DNA of 64,000 bases from Macrostomum hystrix (taxonomy: Eukaryota; Animalia; Platyhelminthes): NCBI GenBank assembly GCA_950097015.1, contig CATNEN010000039.1, positions 3,720,001-3,784,000 on the forward strand, read 5' to 3'. Numbering within the stretch: position 1 is the stretch's first letter; each line of letters starts with the position of its first letter. Under the pieces are notes generated by a model, which ran no database searches, was not told the DNA's origin, and worked only from the letters and a program-made list of their open reading frames with translations. The translations under genes were made by a program, and so were the position numbers. This document shows, one piece after another, positions 49,966 to 62,660 of this stretch.

Positions 49966-52900
49966 CTATTGGCAGTACTTGGCAACCGTTGCTGACCGAC
50001 AGTAAAGTGGCTGTTCAGACACTCGCTGCTGCTCAAGCAGTCGGTCGGAGAACACCAGCACAGCTTCTCGCTGCTGTGGAGTGAGCTCAGACAGGCGAGA
50101 CTCCACACGGGCCAAAGAAGCTTGCTGCTGCTGCGGCTGATGGTGATAATAGGACTGCATCGGAGGAGGCGGCTGCGCGGTTGAGTGCATCCGAGACAAC
50201 TTTATCTGATCCAGCAGCTGAGACAGCTGCGACAGTAGTCCCACCAGCTGCTGGTCAGCTGTTAATTGCGTAGAATTAACCTGGAAGTAATTACTAGGCC
50301 AAGTTTGTTGGTGATTCTGTTTAAGTAGTAACTGCTGTCGATCACTGTGTAATTCGGGCGGCAGTTGGACCATTTGGTAGTGCGAGCCGCTTCCACTGTG
50401 GATTATCGGCGGCTGAGCTGCCCAAGTCTGCTCCTGAACTCTCTGATTGAATTGATCCGATTGTGGAAACGTTTTTCCCAGCAAATGCTGCCTGTTCTCA
50501 CTCGACTCCCAACATGGCGCACAGTGTTGATCGTTCTCTCGGTTCTCATGCGGAGGAACATCATGCTGTCTGAACTGCTGCTGCTGCTGTTCATGCAAGT
50601 AGACGCTATCAGTATTATACTGGGACCTCTGTCGAGTCCCGTAATACTGCTCCAAAACATTGGAGTTCTGTGGCTTCTCCTGATTCAACTTTGTCTTATT
50701 GAGCATCTGCTGCGATTGCCTGGAGAGTCTCTGCAGCTCCAGGGTTAGATCGTGAAGTGGCGTTCGCGACCCGGATGCGCTTGGCTGCGTTGCGGAACCC
50801 ACTTGAACACCTGACAGTGATGCAGCTGCGCCTAAATCTTGCAAAATTTTCTTCGTCTCATGCTGTAAGTTTTGCGCCTGCGGACTCAAATAGGTACCGC
50901 AAAGCTGCTGCTGAGGCAGCTCATCAGGATTCGACAACGGTCCCTGTTGCCAGGTGTGCCATTGCACTGCGCTAGTCGATTCGCAAAGAAATTGATTCGC
51001 TTCTAGTTTCTGCGTAGGCTGCAGTTGAACTGATTGACAAGTGTCTTGGGGCTGATTTAACACCTGGACTTCTACGTTTCGTCTCTGTGACGCGTCCGCA
51101 GCGACAAAGTAAGGAAAATCAACATTCTGAAAGTTCTTGCATATGAATTGTTTCTGTAAGTTTGTGACGCCACACTGTTCTGATATTTTCTGATTCTGTG
51201 GCTGGTCACTGCACTGTTGAAGCTGCTGCACCAGTGACTGGTCTTGATGAATGATTTGATTCTGTGGCTGGTCACTGAACTGTTGAAGCTGCTGCACCAG
51301 TGACTGGTCTTGATGAATGATTTGATTCTGTGGCTGGTCACTGAACTGTTGAAGCTGCTGCACCAGTGACTGGTCTTGATGAATGATTTGATGCTGTTTC
51401 TGGTCACTGCACTGTTGAAGCTGCTGCACCAGTGACTGGTCTTGATGAATGATTTGATGCTGTTTCTGGTCACTGCACTGTTGAAGCTGCTGCACCAGTG
51501 ACTGGTCTTGATGAATGATTTGATGCTGTTTCTGGTCACTGCACTGTTGAAGCTGCTGCACCAGTGACTGGTCTTGATGAATGATCTGATGCAGTGGCTG
51601 GCCACTGCACTGTTGAAGCTGCTGCACCAGTGACAATGCTTTTTTGTTTGAGCAAAGTGCTTGAGCTTTCGCGCTCTCTGATCTGCCTGGTAAATTGTGA
51701 ATCATTGAAGGGTCATTCGTTTGTCCAGAAAAGCCTCTTTGCCATTGTTCAGCTGCAGCATTCCAATGAGATTTTTTAGGCTTCGTAGTCAAATTCTGCT
51801 GCTTATAGCTTCCATTAAGTTTATTTTTAAAGTGTCTCTGGGAAAGACTCGGATGTGGTTGACGATTCTCGACTGCGGAGTTGTACTGTGGCACATTGCT
51901 GAGTCGATGCTGGCTGTTCTCAGACTGTCTATCTAAAGTTTCCGTTTGTTGTGCAGTAGTCAGCTCTCGCACCTGATCATTATTCGTCTCTGATTGCAGC
52001 TGAGAGTTAATGGAAGACGGCGGAGTCTCTGTTGGCGGATGGAAGACGAAGCTAAACGGAGTGGCATCCGCGGTGCTGGCAGCTCCGCACAGAGGAACAG
52101 GCGGCGGTGGCATCACAACAGGCTGGCTGGGGCGAGGACAAGGCGGTGGCAGCTTGGAGCGCTGCAGAAACGACCAGGGCGGAGTCGGAGGCGGCACCAT
52201 TTTCAGAGGCAGCTGAAGTTGCTGCTCTTGTCGCTGCGTCTGGTGGTTTTTTAAATACGAGTAATTGGAAGAAGTTATAACTTTATCGAGTGAATTTAGA
52301 GAAGCACAATAAAAGCTGTGAATAACAACTCACCCTGTCATTGTTTTCGGAGGATGAAGCAGTTCTTGATCCAGCGAGCGGAGCGACAGTCAACGACTTC
52401 AGCATCAGACGATGGATGCTGGCGGAGTCAAGGGGCTCTATCGAGCTGTCGAAGGACAGAAAGGTTAATTACCGAGTTAAATAAACTAGGCAGGAATACC
52501 TTTTATCCTTAAGATTAAATAGGTAATTTTTTAAATAAGGCAATAATAATTCAAGGTAAGACAATTGATGCAGATGCGAGTCATTGCTTGAACAATCATT
52601 TTAAGGATTCAAGATAGATTCAAGATAGATCTTAAATGGTATAGCGGGATCATAGGGATCTGGAATGGGTACAGTGGGAATATAGGGATCTGGAATGGTT
52701 ACAGTGATAACATTCGGATCAGGGAGTAATCCTGGTCGCAGTGCAGAGACCATGGTGTCAGTGTGGGATGGTAGAAATTTCACACACCGACTACTCACCC
52801 AACATGTGAGCAGCCCCTGTTGACAAACTCTCGCCGCTGTCCGTTCCAGGTGTCGTCTGAGTCGGCAACCCAGGGCCACAAAGTCGCAGGTGACAGCAGC

Positions 52901-53214
52901 GGCAGTGGTGGCAAAGCCGGCGCCCGACTGTTACGACTCCACTTCTTTGGCTGCGGCTTCTGCTTCCGCTGAGTTTCGCTTACTGCGTTGCAGCGTCGGC
53001 CAGTGAAGATCCAGATTCTACTGTCAGCGGCATCGAGCTGCGACATATTCGACAGGATGGCGTCTGCGGCCACGTCTAAATTATTGCCAGCGTTGCGCAG
53101 TTCAACAGCGGCGACGTCCGGCTGACAGCCGACGACTTCGGCCAGCCTGTTGACTCGATTGGCGAAGTCGTCCGGTCCGGCCGGGTCCGGCTCGGCGCTG
53201 CTGCCGTTCGTCAG
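49966..53214 (-). CDS. UBA-like-domain, Gln-rich low-complexity protein (UBAP2/UBAP2L/lingerer-like N-terminus), ~930 aa; exons 53214-52799, 52445-52334, 52239-49966
   Basis: DDFANRVNRLAEVVGCQPDVAAVELRNAGNNLDVAADAILS..IWIFTGRR resembles the UBAP2L UBA domain plus its following W..VGKK motif. GT-AG introns have consistent phases (2,0) and join to the 744-aa ORF. Confidence 0.65.
51190..51634 (-). repeat. Coding 66-bp tandem repeat (22-aa unit DQSLVQQLQQCSDQKQHQIIHQ, ~7 copies)
   Basis: Seen in both the DNA and the translated ORF. Confidence 0.9.
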
Positions 53215-53844
53215 CTTGAATTTTTAGGTTGGGGAGCACGATGGAATTACAGGGCCGGGAATGGGACCTAACACTTACCGATATGTGACGAAATAGTCGT
53301 AAATAGAGTTTAAAGCCAGTTGTTAAATAACAATAAACACAAAACCCGCTTTGTGGGTTGAAGCGGCAAGCTTGAACCGACCTGCTCACAAGGCTGCTAA
53401 CAGTTGCAATCGCACTGTGCTCAAGAATGTTATTTCACACAAAAATAAAAAATCCTCGCTCAAAATAGGCCTTGCTTTTAAATTAAGTCTAAACAAGTAG
53501 AACGAAACTTGAAGGGCCAAATACAAATCGTTTTTTCTTCTAACCAAATCTCCAACCAGTAAACAAAGAACGCGTGACTCGACCAATATGACGCGTTAAT
53601 GAAATCATATAAGCTTCTCAATATATGTACATAAAGTATAGTTTAGTTAAAAATCATTTTTTAATTACAATGACTTTACATGAAATATATTTGTACTTAT
53701 GTTCAAGATTTATGAAACAAATTTACTTTTTTTTATTTATAGGAAGGTGCCGAGCATCTACAATGCAGTACGTCGTCTTTCGGCATGCAAAACTATGATC
53801 AGATGATTTTGTAAGAAATCAACTTCTGATTGTTAAGTGGGGCG

Positions 53845-54392
53845 CATGAGGCACAGGTAGGAGCATGGGGGAGCAGGTAGGAGCATGGGGGCACAGGTAG
53901 GAGCATGGGGGCACAGGTAGGAGCATGGGGCACAGGTAGGAGCATGGGGGAGCAGGTAGGAGCATGGGGCACAGGTAGGAGCATGGGGGCACAGGTAGGA
54001 GCATGGGGGCACAGGTAGGGGCATGGGGGCACAGGTAGGAGCATGGGGGCACAGGTAGGAGCATGGGGGCACAGGTAGGAGCATGGGGCACAGGTAGGAG
54101 CATGGGGGAGCAGGTAGGAGCATGGGGGCACAGGTAGGAGCATGGGGGCACAGGTAGGGGCATGGGGGCACAGGTAGGGGCACAGGTAGGAGCACAGGAG
54201 CATAGAACAGGGGCACACGTAGGGGCACAGGGGCACATGTTGGAGCACAGGTTCACAGGTAGGAGCACAGGGGCACAGGTAGGGGCACAGGGCACAGGTA
54301 GGAGCACAGGGGCACAGGTAGGAGCACAGGGGCACAGGTAGGAGCACAGGGGCACAGGAAGGAGCACAGGGGCACAGGTAGGAGCACAGGGG
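53845..54392. repeat. ~20-bp G-rich minisatellite (gcacaggtaggagcatgggg)
   Basis: Tandem copies downstream of the MLYCD stop. Confidence 0.93.
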
Positions 54393-54924
54393 TACGAGAG
54401 TTAAAGATAACCGGTGGCACAATAAAACAGAAAGGAAAAAACTAGTGTTAATAAATTTGTGGTTGATAAGCAGAAAATTAGCAGCAAATCGTGAACAAAA
54501 GAGCTCTTCCGTGATGCAGTACTTGTAGAATTTAAATTTTAATTCTTAATTTTCTAAGCAACTGATGAAGGGTTTATGCACAGGCCAATTTTGAATTTCG
54601 AATCTTTCATAGCCGGAAAAAAAAACAAAATTTATTCACGAAAAATCATCAAACGATGAAATTAGTTCAAGAAAGACGGGGCCTGCAACCCAGGACGTGG
54701 GATCCGATTCGTTACTAAGCAAACCAACAAGCAAGCCGACTTGGTTTCAATTACTTGTCAACAGAATAGGCTCCTAAGTAACGGTGTTTAGAACTGGCAA
54801 ACAGAAATAACGCATGCAATTAAATAGACAGCGACACAGACGGATTTAGATATGAAAATGATCAGGCACTCATTGGCGAAAATCAGGGGAATCTCATCAA
54901 AAACTTAATACCCCGAGATCTAGT

Positions 54925-55080
54925 CAATTCTCATGACCGAAACTCATCTCCTGAATCTCATGGCTGAAAGTCATCTACTGAATCTCATGGCTGAAACTCA
55001 TCTCCTGAATCTCATGGCTGAAACTCATCTCCTGAATCTCATGGCTGAAAGTCATCTTCTGAATCTCATGGCTGAATTCT
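54925..55080. repeat. 27-bp minisatellite (ctgaatctcatggctgaaactcatctc)
   Basis: About 5 tandem copies. Confidence 0.8.
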
Positions 55081-55225
55081 CATATCCTTAAAATGGCATC
55101 TTAACCATTTCACAAAATTCCTGAAAACGTCTGGACACTATAAGCAAAACTCTGCACTGAAAAGTACTAAACAACGGGAAAAACTGGTAAATAAAAGTAT
55201 TAGGCGCAGGGTTTCTCAAAGCAGT

Positions 55226-58033
55226 TCAAGGATCAACAGGCAGAGTGTCTGGCTCGATGTTGATAACCTGGCCGAATGGCTCGCCAACTGGGATCCTCTT
55301 AGTGAAGTAGTACTTCTCTGAGAAGCCTTCGGTGAGCTCCGGATAGTAGCGATAATTGACCATCATGCCGCAAGATTGACTCAGCCCGTTGGGGCTCTGG
55401 TCCGCCTGCCAGCAGAGCCGATACATCACGGCGCCGTTTCTCAGATGAAAATTCGCTATGGGATCGAGGGCGTGGCCCCGGTGCTTCAGTGCGAACAGAT
55501 AGCGAGCGCACAGCTTCATCAGGGGCTGCTTGAGCTCGGCGACTAGCACCGGGGAGGCGATCCATTCCTGGGACTCCAGCGTCATGGAAAGCTTGGTGTA
55601 CAGGTCCTTGTCGTTGTCTACATCGAATAGCTGTACAATGGTTATATGTGCAGGGATGGGATTTGATACATGAGAATTCAGGCTTTGCGGGTTTGTGTAC
55701 ATTGGGGTTTAGAGAAATTTACACCAAGACAGTGTACATTTAGGGTAGACAGAATTTACACCAAGGCAATGTACATTTAGGGTAGAGGAATTTACACCAA
55801 GACTGTGTACATTTAGGGTAGACAATTTACACCAAGGCAATGTACATTTAGGGCAGAGGAATTTACACCAAGACTGTACATTTAGGGTAGACAGAATTTA
55901 CAACAAGGCAATGTACATTTGGGGTTAGAGAAATTTACAAGACTGTACATTAGGTTAGAGAAATTTACACCAAGACTGTGTACATTTTGGGGTTAGAGAA
56001 ATTTATACCAAGACTATCTAAAATTAGGGTATATTATTTTAGAAAGGCCAATCTAGTTAAGAAGAAGCTTGAGTGAATATTGTCTGATGGGTGCGGCCAT
56101 CAAAAGTACGCATAAATCAAGTATCCTTATAGACAGCGCGCATAAAAAAGCAAAGGGTCAATGAAGTAAAACAGACCTGCATCATTTTAACGTGCGTCTC
56201 ATCTGAGAACAGCGGCAACAGATCGGAGCTTTCAGGTCGAACATCGTCCAGAATGCGAGCGAATACCTCGTGCTGCAGGTGCCTGTTAATCTGGCCGAAT
56301 AGCCAGTTGTTGAAGCCTGGGATTGGCGACAGAGAGGAGAAATGCTGCAGCTTGGGATATTCGGCTTGCAGGCTGCGCATAACGCGCCTAACAATATTGC
56401 TGCCCAGGTCGATGCCGCTTAGGCCGTCGATTGGCCGACTGATCGAGTAGAAATTCGCTACCTGAGATGCGATTTTCATTGAATAAAAACATACAGTATG
56501 TTCTACTGAAAGTAGGCTATGTCGTCTAAACATTAAATCTAGCAGATATTTGACTCGAGATCAGTGGTACCAACCTTGATCCTAGCCGGATCCTCAACAC
56601 TGTCTGGCATGTTGTCAAACAAGGCAGGCACAATCTTTTCCATGCTGTCTGCAACGCCTTCTAGCAGGGCAGCATGCAGCACAACCAGCGGCTCGCCAGG
56701 CAGGCAGGGGTGGGTGAACACGAAGCAGCGCTTGTAGGCGCCAACTCGACGCTTCAGATCCTGCCAGCCGAGGATTGGGTGGACTGCTTCGCTGGCGGCC
56801 ACCTGGTGAAGGTGGAGCGAGGGGGTGGCTGCTGGATCACTGAAGGATTAGTAGAATGGGGTGGCTGCTGGATCACTGAAGGATCGGTAGAATGGTGTGG
56901 CTGCTGTTGCACTGAAGGATGGGGAAGGAGGAGGGGTGGCTGTTGCACTGAAGGATGGGGAAGGAGGAGGGGTGGCTGCTGTTGCATTGAAGGATGGGGA
57001 AGGAGGAGTGGCTGCTGTAGCATTGAAGGACGGGGAAGGAGGAGGGGTGGCTGCTGTTGCACTGAAGAATGGGCTAGAATGTTTGAAATTCAGACTGAAT
57101 GAAGAAATGGCTCACTTTTTCCAACAGCATGCTCGGCGACTCCCACGTGGCCCGCTGCAGATGAAATAGGCCAGAGCTGAACCAGACAGAAAGCAGCTGC
57201 TTGATCTCGTGATCAATGACAGGCACAATAGCCGGCGTAGCCTCAGCAGTAGCTTTACCAGTTAGCTTGCTGAGATCTGTGCGCATGTTGACCATGAATT
57301 GTACTCCGCCCTGGGCTTTGCCTAGGCAGCGAAATAGGCCGGCAAACTGCGGCTGCGTGATGTGGCGCAGACTTTGCAGGCGTTGCAAACTCTCCACTGG
57401 GTTGGACTGAAGTGCAATGGAATTCTGGCACACTTTTCAAAGGGAATTCCCAGACGTCACTGGCATACTGTAAAAGACGTATCTTCCGACAGTCCTCACC
57501 CGATCCAGAGTGATGCTGACTTTAGTTGTGTCAGCCACGCCATGGTCGGACACGAGGGTATTGAAGAATACCTCCTTTTCGGCCAGGCTGAGCTGCTTGT
57601 ATGAGTCGCATATTCGCTCAGCAACATTCTATGACAATGGGATAGAAAATAATCAAATTTATTTGTCTTATCTGCAAGCTTATGTACTAAAAAATACACA
57701 AGAAGTTAACTTACACCTGAAACTACTTCTCGACCACGCTTAATAACTTTCATCAGATTGTAGGTATCTTCAAGAATGGCTTTTAGCACCATTTTTGTTT
57801 CTTTCTGCAAATGGATTACAACTTAGGGAATAACCAATTGATATAGACACCAATCCCTCTGATAGGACAGATTTGGAGCCATTTGGGGCATCCTTTAAAA
57901 AGCAAATCAGATTTCTTTGTGTTTTCTGTATCAAAAGCCAGTTTTGTTCAGTGTGTCTGTCCTCTGTGGCTACTCTGCGAAGCTTATCCAAATTTTTTAT
58001 AATCTGCTTTGTAACATCTTGCCCTGCCCTCTT
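55226..58033 (-). CDS. MLYCD: Malonyl-CoA decarboxylase, ~506 aa; exons 58033-57851, 57628-57500, 57406-57116, 56802-56575, 56461-56177, 55630-55226; 5' start uncertain
   Basis: GGVQFMVNMRTDL, LSVWFSSGLFHLQRATWESP, EAVHP..WQDLKRRVG..RCFVFTHPCLPGEPLVVLHAAL, FYSIS..GLSGIDLG, FSSLSPIPGF, ALDPIANFHLRNGA, SCGMMVNYRY. All introns are phase 0 GT-AG. Confidence 0.93.
55690..56015. repeat. Degenerate ~38-bp intronic minisatellite (aatttacaccaagactgtgtacatttagggtag...)
   Basis: Tandem copies visible directly. Confidence 0.8.
56820..57068. repeat. Intronic G-rich minisatellite (ggggtggctgctgttgcactgaaggatggggaaggagga)
   Basis: Tandem copies visible directly. Confidence 0.8.
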
Positions 58034-60479
58034 CTAGAGTAAAAAATTATTGATAAATTAGACATTTCAATTAGCAGCTGATTGCAACACCCACCTATAG
58101 CTATACCAATGTGGTTTGAATATGCTACTGATATTAGTGATAATCATTCAACCTAAAAGACCATCAAGATCCTCTACTTGCTAAACATAGGGTAATGTAT
58201 CATCAACCGAACAAGAATTTTGACTCCTTCCTTGGTCTTGTGCAAGATAGAAACAAGCTATTATGTTTCACAGAACAACTAATTTGAAAGTTGAAGAAAT
58301 TATCTACAAGCTGAGGCATGATGTGCAATGAAGCATTAAGAGAAAAGAAAGATATTGATGTTTCAGTAGAAATTTTTATTGCAAAAGCATACTTTTTAAC
58401 AACATTTTTTCAGTATGTACTTTAGACAAAGATTGTATGTGGTTGCTTGCCAATTAAATGACCATAAATGTAGTTATTTATAGAGCATGAAAAATGCTTT
58501 CAAATGACATAATTCATTATAGTTCACTCCTTAAAATAAGATTAAACCACTCACTCAAATTGTACAACCAAACATCAAATTCTCTGTTTGGTTTGAAGAT
58601 ACATGAAAATCATTGTTCGCTTTTAGATAAAAAGCAGGAATAACTTTTTTCTATTTGACAAAATAGCAAAAGCAGATACTTTTTAGAAAGATGTAACTGT
58701 TTTCTATAACTTGGCTTTTGATTTATCATCATATCTTAAATAGAAAATCTGTATCTTAGGTTTGAAGTTAAAAAAATACACATTCTTGTTTGGTTGATGA
58801 TACATTACCCTAATATACCAGAACAGAGAGATTGGCAATAAGACAATTAAGAATTTTTTAGATGAGCCAAAGAGTCTAGAATTTGTTACCAAATTATTTT
58901 TCTTCTTTACTATTATCTAATTTATTGCACTTATTTAAATATTAAACAACGTCATAAGTCAATAAAAATAGGAGTTATTAGTCAGGGTTGTATTACCTAG
59001 TTCTCTTTAGGCCAAATTATTTATTCATGCCTAAATTTCATATACCTATAAAGTAACTATTAGTTATTACTATTAGGCCTATTATAGCATATATAATATA
59101 ACATGCATAAAAAACATAGAATAGGCTCATCACATCAATAAACTAAACTCCTATACTCCTAGAGACTAGATGACAAGTCATTTTGATAAACACTGAAATC
59201 TATAGGCACTAGTTGCCACTAGCATTTTTCATGTGCAGTGCTAGACCTATCATTTTCTTTACTTAAAAAATTAGCTTTTTTAAAGAAACACTGACTAGTG
59301 AGTTATCTTAGCAATAGCTCTTACTCATAGCAACAACCATGATTTTAGAATGAGAAAATCTGAGAATGGGCAGAGTGCAAGTTAGAAGAAACTGGGAAAA
59401 ATAAAAAACAAGTCTAGGTAAAAGTGTTTAAAAAAACAGTACAGTGTTTACATTCGTCATAGCTCAGTGGAGTTGCTTTAAGAATAAAAAGCGCCCTAAG
59501 GGAACACAGGATTTAGTCTTTTTTCTGTGTGCTAGCAGCTCAATCAACTTTCATTTCATAGACAGAGAATATAGAAAAAGTCAGTGCAAATCAGGTTAAA
59601 ACAAAAAAGTTTTACTTTTGAATGAAAATCACATTGATATCAGACTAAGCCCTTAGTTAACAAGCTTTGCTTTGACTTGGCTCATGGCATGAAAGGAACA
59701 TAATATACATACATTTACATTAGCAAAACTACCAAAAGAGTAATAATATAAACAATTAAACAAATACTATGACTAAAAAGTTCCTGTATTACATTGGTAT
59801 TTTACTTTAATAATTTAATTAAGGAAGTACCATATTCTCAAGCTTAATCACTTTATGTTTGAAATTTCTGTTATTTTATTCATCTTGATCTTTTAATATC
59901 CACAACTTAACTATTAATATTTTAAACCTTTCAATTTGACTGATATCAACTTCGCGCGAAAAGTGTTTTAACGGAACGGTGTTACGAGTAACCAGTATGC
60001 ATCTGAAGCAGGCTATATATGCGTGAAAAAAGTAACTTCAAATAGCTCCTTGGTTTAGTTTTGCTTCGCTTTTCTGAAATCTTAACTAAACTACGGATAT
60101 GCAAAATTTTCGGCCGATGATAATAACTTGAGCACTAATCAGACATTCCAACCATTGCATTTTTCGTGATGTTTGGCTTTTATACATGAATAACCCAAGG
60201 ATGAGAAGAAGAGTTCTAGTGGTCTTCTTCAGTGGTCCTTGGTATTAAAGTAGAAGTTAAAGAAACAATTAAAGTAGAAGACGCTATCATATGCTTCAGA
60301 GAGCGCGATCGCAGCTATTGCACGACGCTTCTTCAAAAGGCTGTGTAAAGCTGTTCAGTCCGCTACAACACCACCAACAGTAATTCTAGTACCCATTTAT
60401 CAGCAATGTTACAACAACAACAGCAAAAAAGTACATTCCTGCCAAAAGCATGAAGAGGCCAGGAAGAGGGAGAAGTCAG

Positions 60480-61430
60480 AGAGCGCGCTTCTGGCCATCA
60501 ATCTAAAAAATTCACTCCCCTGCTTGGTCGGGGGCACCAGTGTCAGTCCAAAGCCCATCAGGGTATCTCGCAGTTCGCCCTTGATCTTGCCTGCGCGGTC
60601 TAGCTTATGACGTTGGCCTATGACGTAAGCATAACGATCGAATGACGTTCGCCAACCAGTCGAAGCCGCCGCCCGCGCAGCAGGTCAGAAGGCCGCGTCA
60701 GGCACACCCTTGCGTAGAGCGCGTCGAGGGTCTCGCTGCCTGGGCTGCTGTGCACTCCAAAAGCCGCACGCAGCATAGCCGCATGCGTCCGTCAGGGTCC
60801 AAGCTTCAGTTTCTACACAGAGACAGTCTCAGGGACTGCATGCAGATGACTTCAGCGCGTCATCTGCAATTAATGCCTCAGATTGGAGCACGGAGCGCAC
60901 TGTTCGAAGCGCAGCCAAGGCCAATACTGCTCGTCATCTCACTACGTTGTCTGCGACGTCTAGAAGCCAAGGTACACGACGCTCTGGCAGGGGTTAGCAG
61001 TATTACATCTCCGGGGGCGCCTCAGCGTTTGATCTCATCGACAGGTCGAAGAGCACTATCAATACGACCGTCTTACGCGCAGGAAATCGACCCGCGATTC
61101 TGCCGCTGTCAGGCAATCCAGCAGCCGCGGGGTGCCTTCAGCAGTCGATAACAGTCGTCGAGAAGTCGTCTACGTAGCCAAGTATACAGATAGTACAGGG
61201 TGTCACCGACTCGAGTGTCTTCTCAGCAGAAACGTGCGGTCGTCCGAGTTGGGCAGGCTGCAGATCCTCGGTGCCCCTATCCAGTGCCAGCACTATACTG
61301 AATATCAGCGGCTAAAAGTGGGGATCGAACCATGCACGCGGCTCAGACTGAAACCGGTTCCCGGCTTGTCCTCGTCAGTCAGTCATAGCCTCACGATGTC
61401 GGCTCAACCTCTAGACAGTTCTAGGGAGCT
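60480..61430 (-). mobile_element. Old, degenerate RTE-like LINE fragment
   Basis: DNA similarity to 19000-19720. The minus strand at 61176-61165 encodes YVDD (YADD motif), followed by a TAEGTPRLLD segment homologous to TAEGAQRLLD. Boundaries approximate. Confidence 0.65.
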
Positions 61431-62247
61431 GCCATTTGAGGACTGTTTTGTTTACTGAGCGCCACTGTCAGTATGCTATAGCTTACACTGCGCATGGTAA
61501 ACTGCAGCAATGAGTCAGAAGTCAAAGGTGAAAATTAATAGTACCGGTACCTGCAGAAACTGACAGTTCATTTTCTCGGAAATGCTCTCAACTAGCAAGT
61601 GACTGACTATCACAAGATACAAATATTATTTAAAGAAGAAATCTTTCGTGTAGGGTTGACTTGACTTGACTTGAGGAACAACAATGAGATTAAATTTGTC
61701 TTACAAAACAAACTCAAACAGTAAGTTGCTCTAACAAATATCTTCAAGCTAATCGAAATTTAAAGCCAAAGCTTGTAAAACATACATTTCGACCTCTACC
61801 CTTTGTTACTGTCAGTAGACAGTCTAGTAAAAGTATTTTAAAATATAGTTCATGATCAATCCTCTGATAGATCTGAAGCGAATGAATAAAACATGCCTTA
61901 ATCGGGTCAGATAAGCGCTTGACAGCGTAGCCACATTTATTGAGCGGTGCATCTGGATGCAGTTCAGTCCATGGACTGGAGGGGCAACACCCACCCTCAA
62001 TTACCTCAGCCGGTATATCCCATTTAACAGGGTACAGAACTAAAGCAATCTTGAAGTCAGGATTTCGACGCTCTAACCACTCGACTATAACCCCTCTGAA
62101 GCTAAATTTAATCTCCAGCTTGACCCGGCCTATTGGCTATTAATTATATGTATTTATTATTTGACAGGCACAATTTGACAGTCATTTAACGGCCAAGGCC
62201 GATTAAATATATAGTCTATGGTCACAGTTGCTGTAAACAGTTTTAGT

Positions 62248-62327
62248 CACAGATTCTAGATTACCTATAATAATATAGAATATTGATAATATAGAATAGA
62301 TAATATATAAATAATATAGAATCTGTG
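62248..62327. mobile_element. 80-bp MITE with 8-bp TSD (hAT-type)
   Basis: TIR cacagattcta / tagaatctgtg. TSD gttttagt at 62240-62247 and 62328-62335. The duplicated copy near 62505 lacks the insert. Confidence 0.75.
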
Positions 62328-62660
62328 GTTTTAGTAGTGCAATCTCGTGAGCCGGGCCAAGGACTTTGATATAATCCCCAGCTTGGTCGGGCCTATTGGC
62401 TATTAATTCTGTTTATTTATTATTTAATCGGCCTATGCCGTTAAATGATTTAAAGGCCTAGGCCGATTAAACATATAGTCTATGGTCACAGTTGCTATAA
62501 ACAGTTTTATTAGTGCAATTTCATGAGCCGGGCGAAGCTTTAGGATTAAATACTATAATACCCCCCTGAAATCGTTGTCTATGGCCTAGGAACGGCTTCG
62601 GACTGCGCTTCTGGGCCTCGGCTTCGCCTCGGCCAAGAAACGCGTCCTCAGCCGTTCCTA

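Noticed and set aside
53799-54422. Cys/Pro-rich metallothionein- or keratin-associated-like ORFs
   Set aside because: All three frames give the same pattern from a ~20-bp array, whose unit is not a constant multiple of 3.
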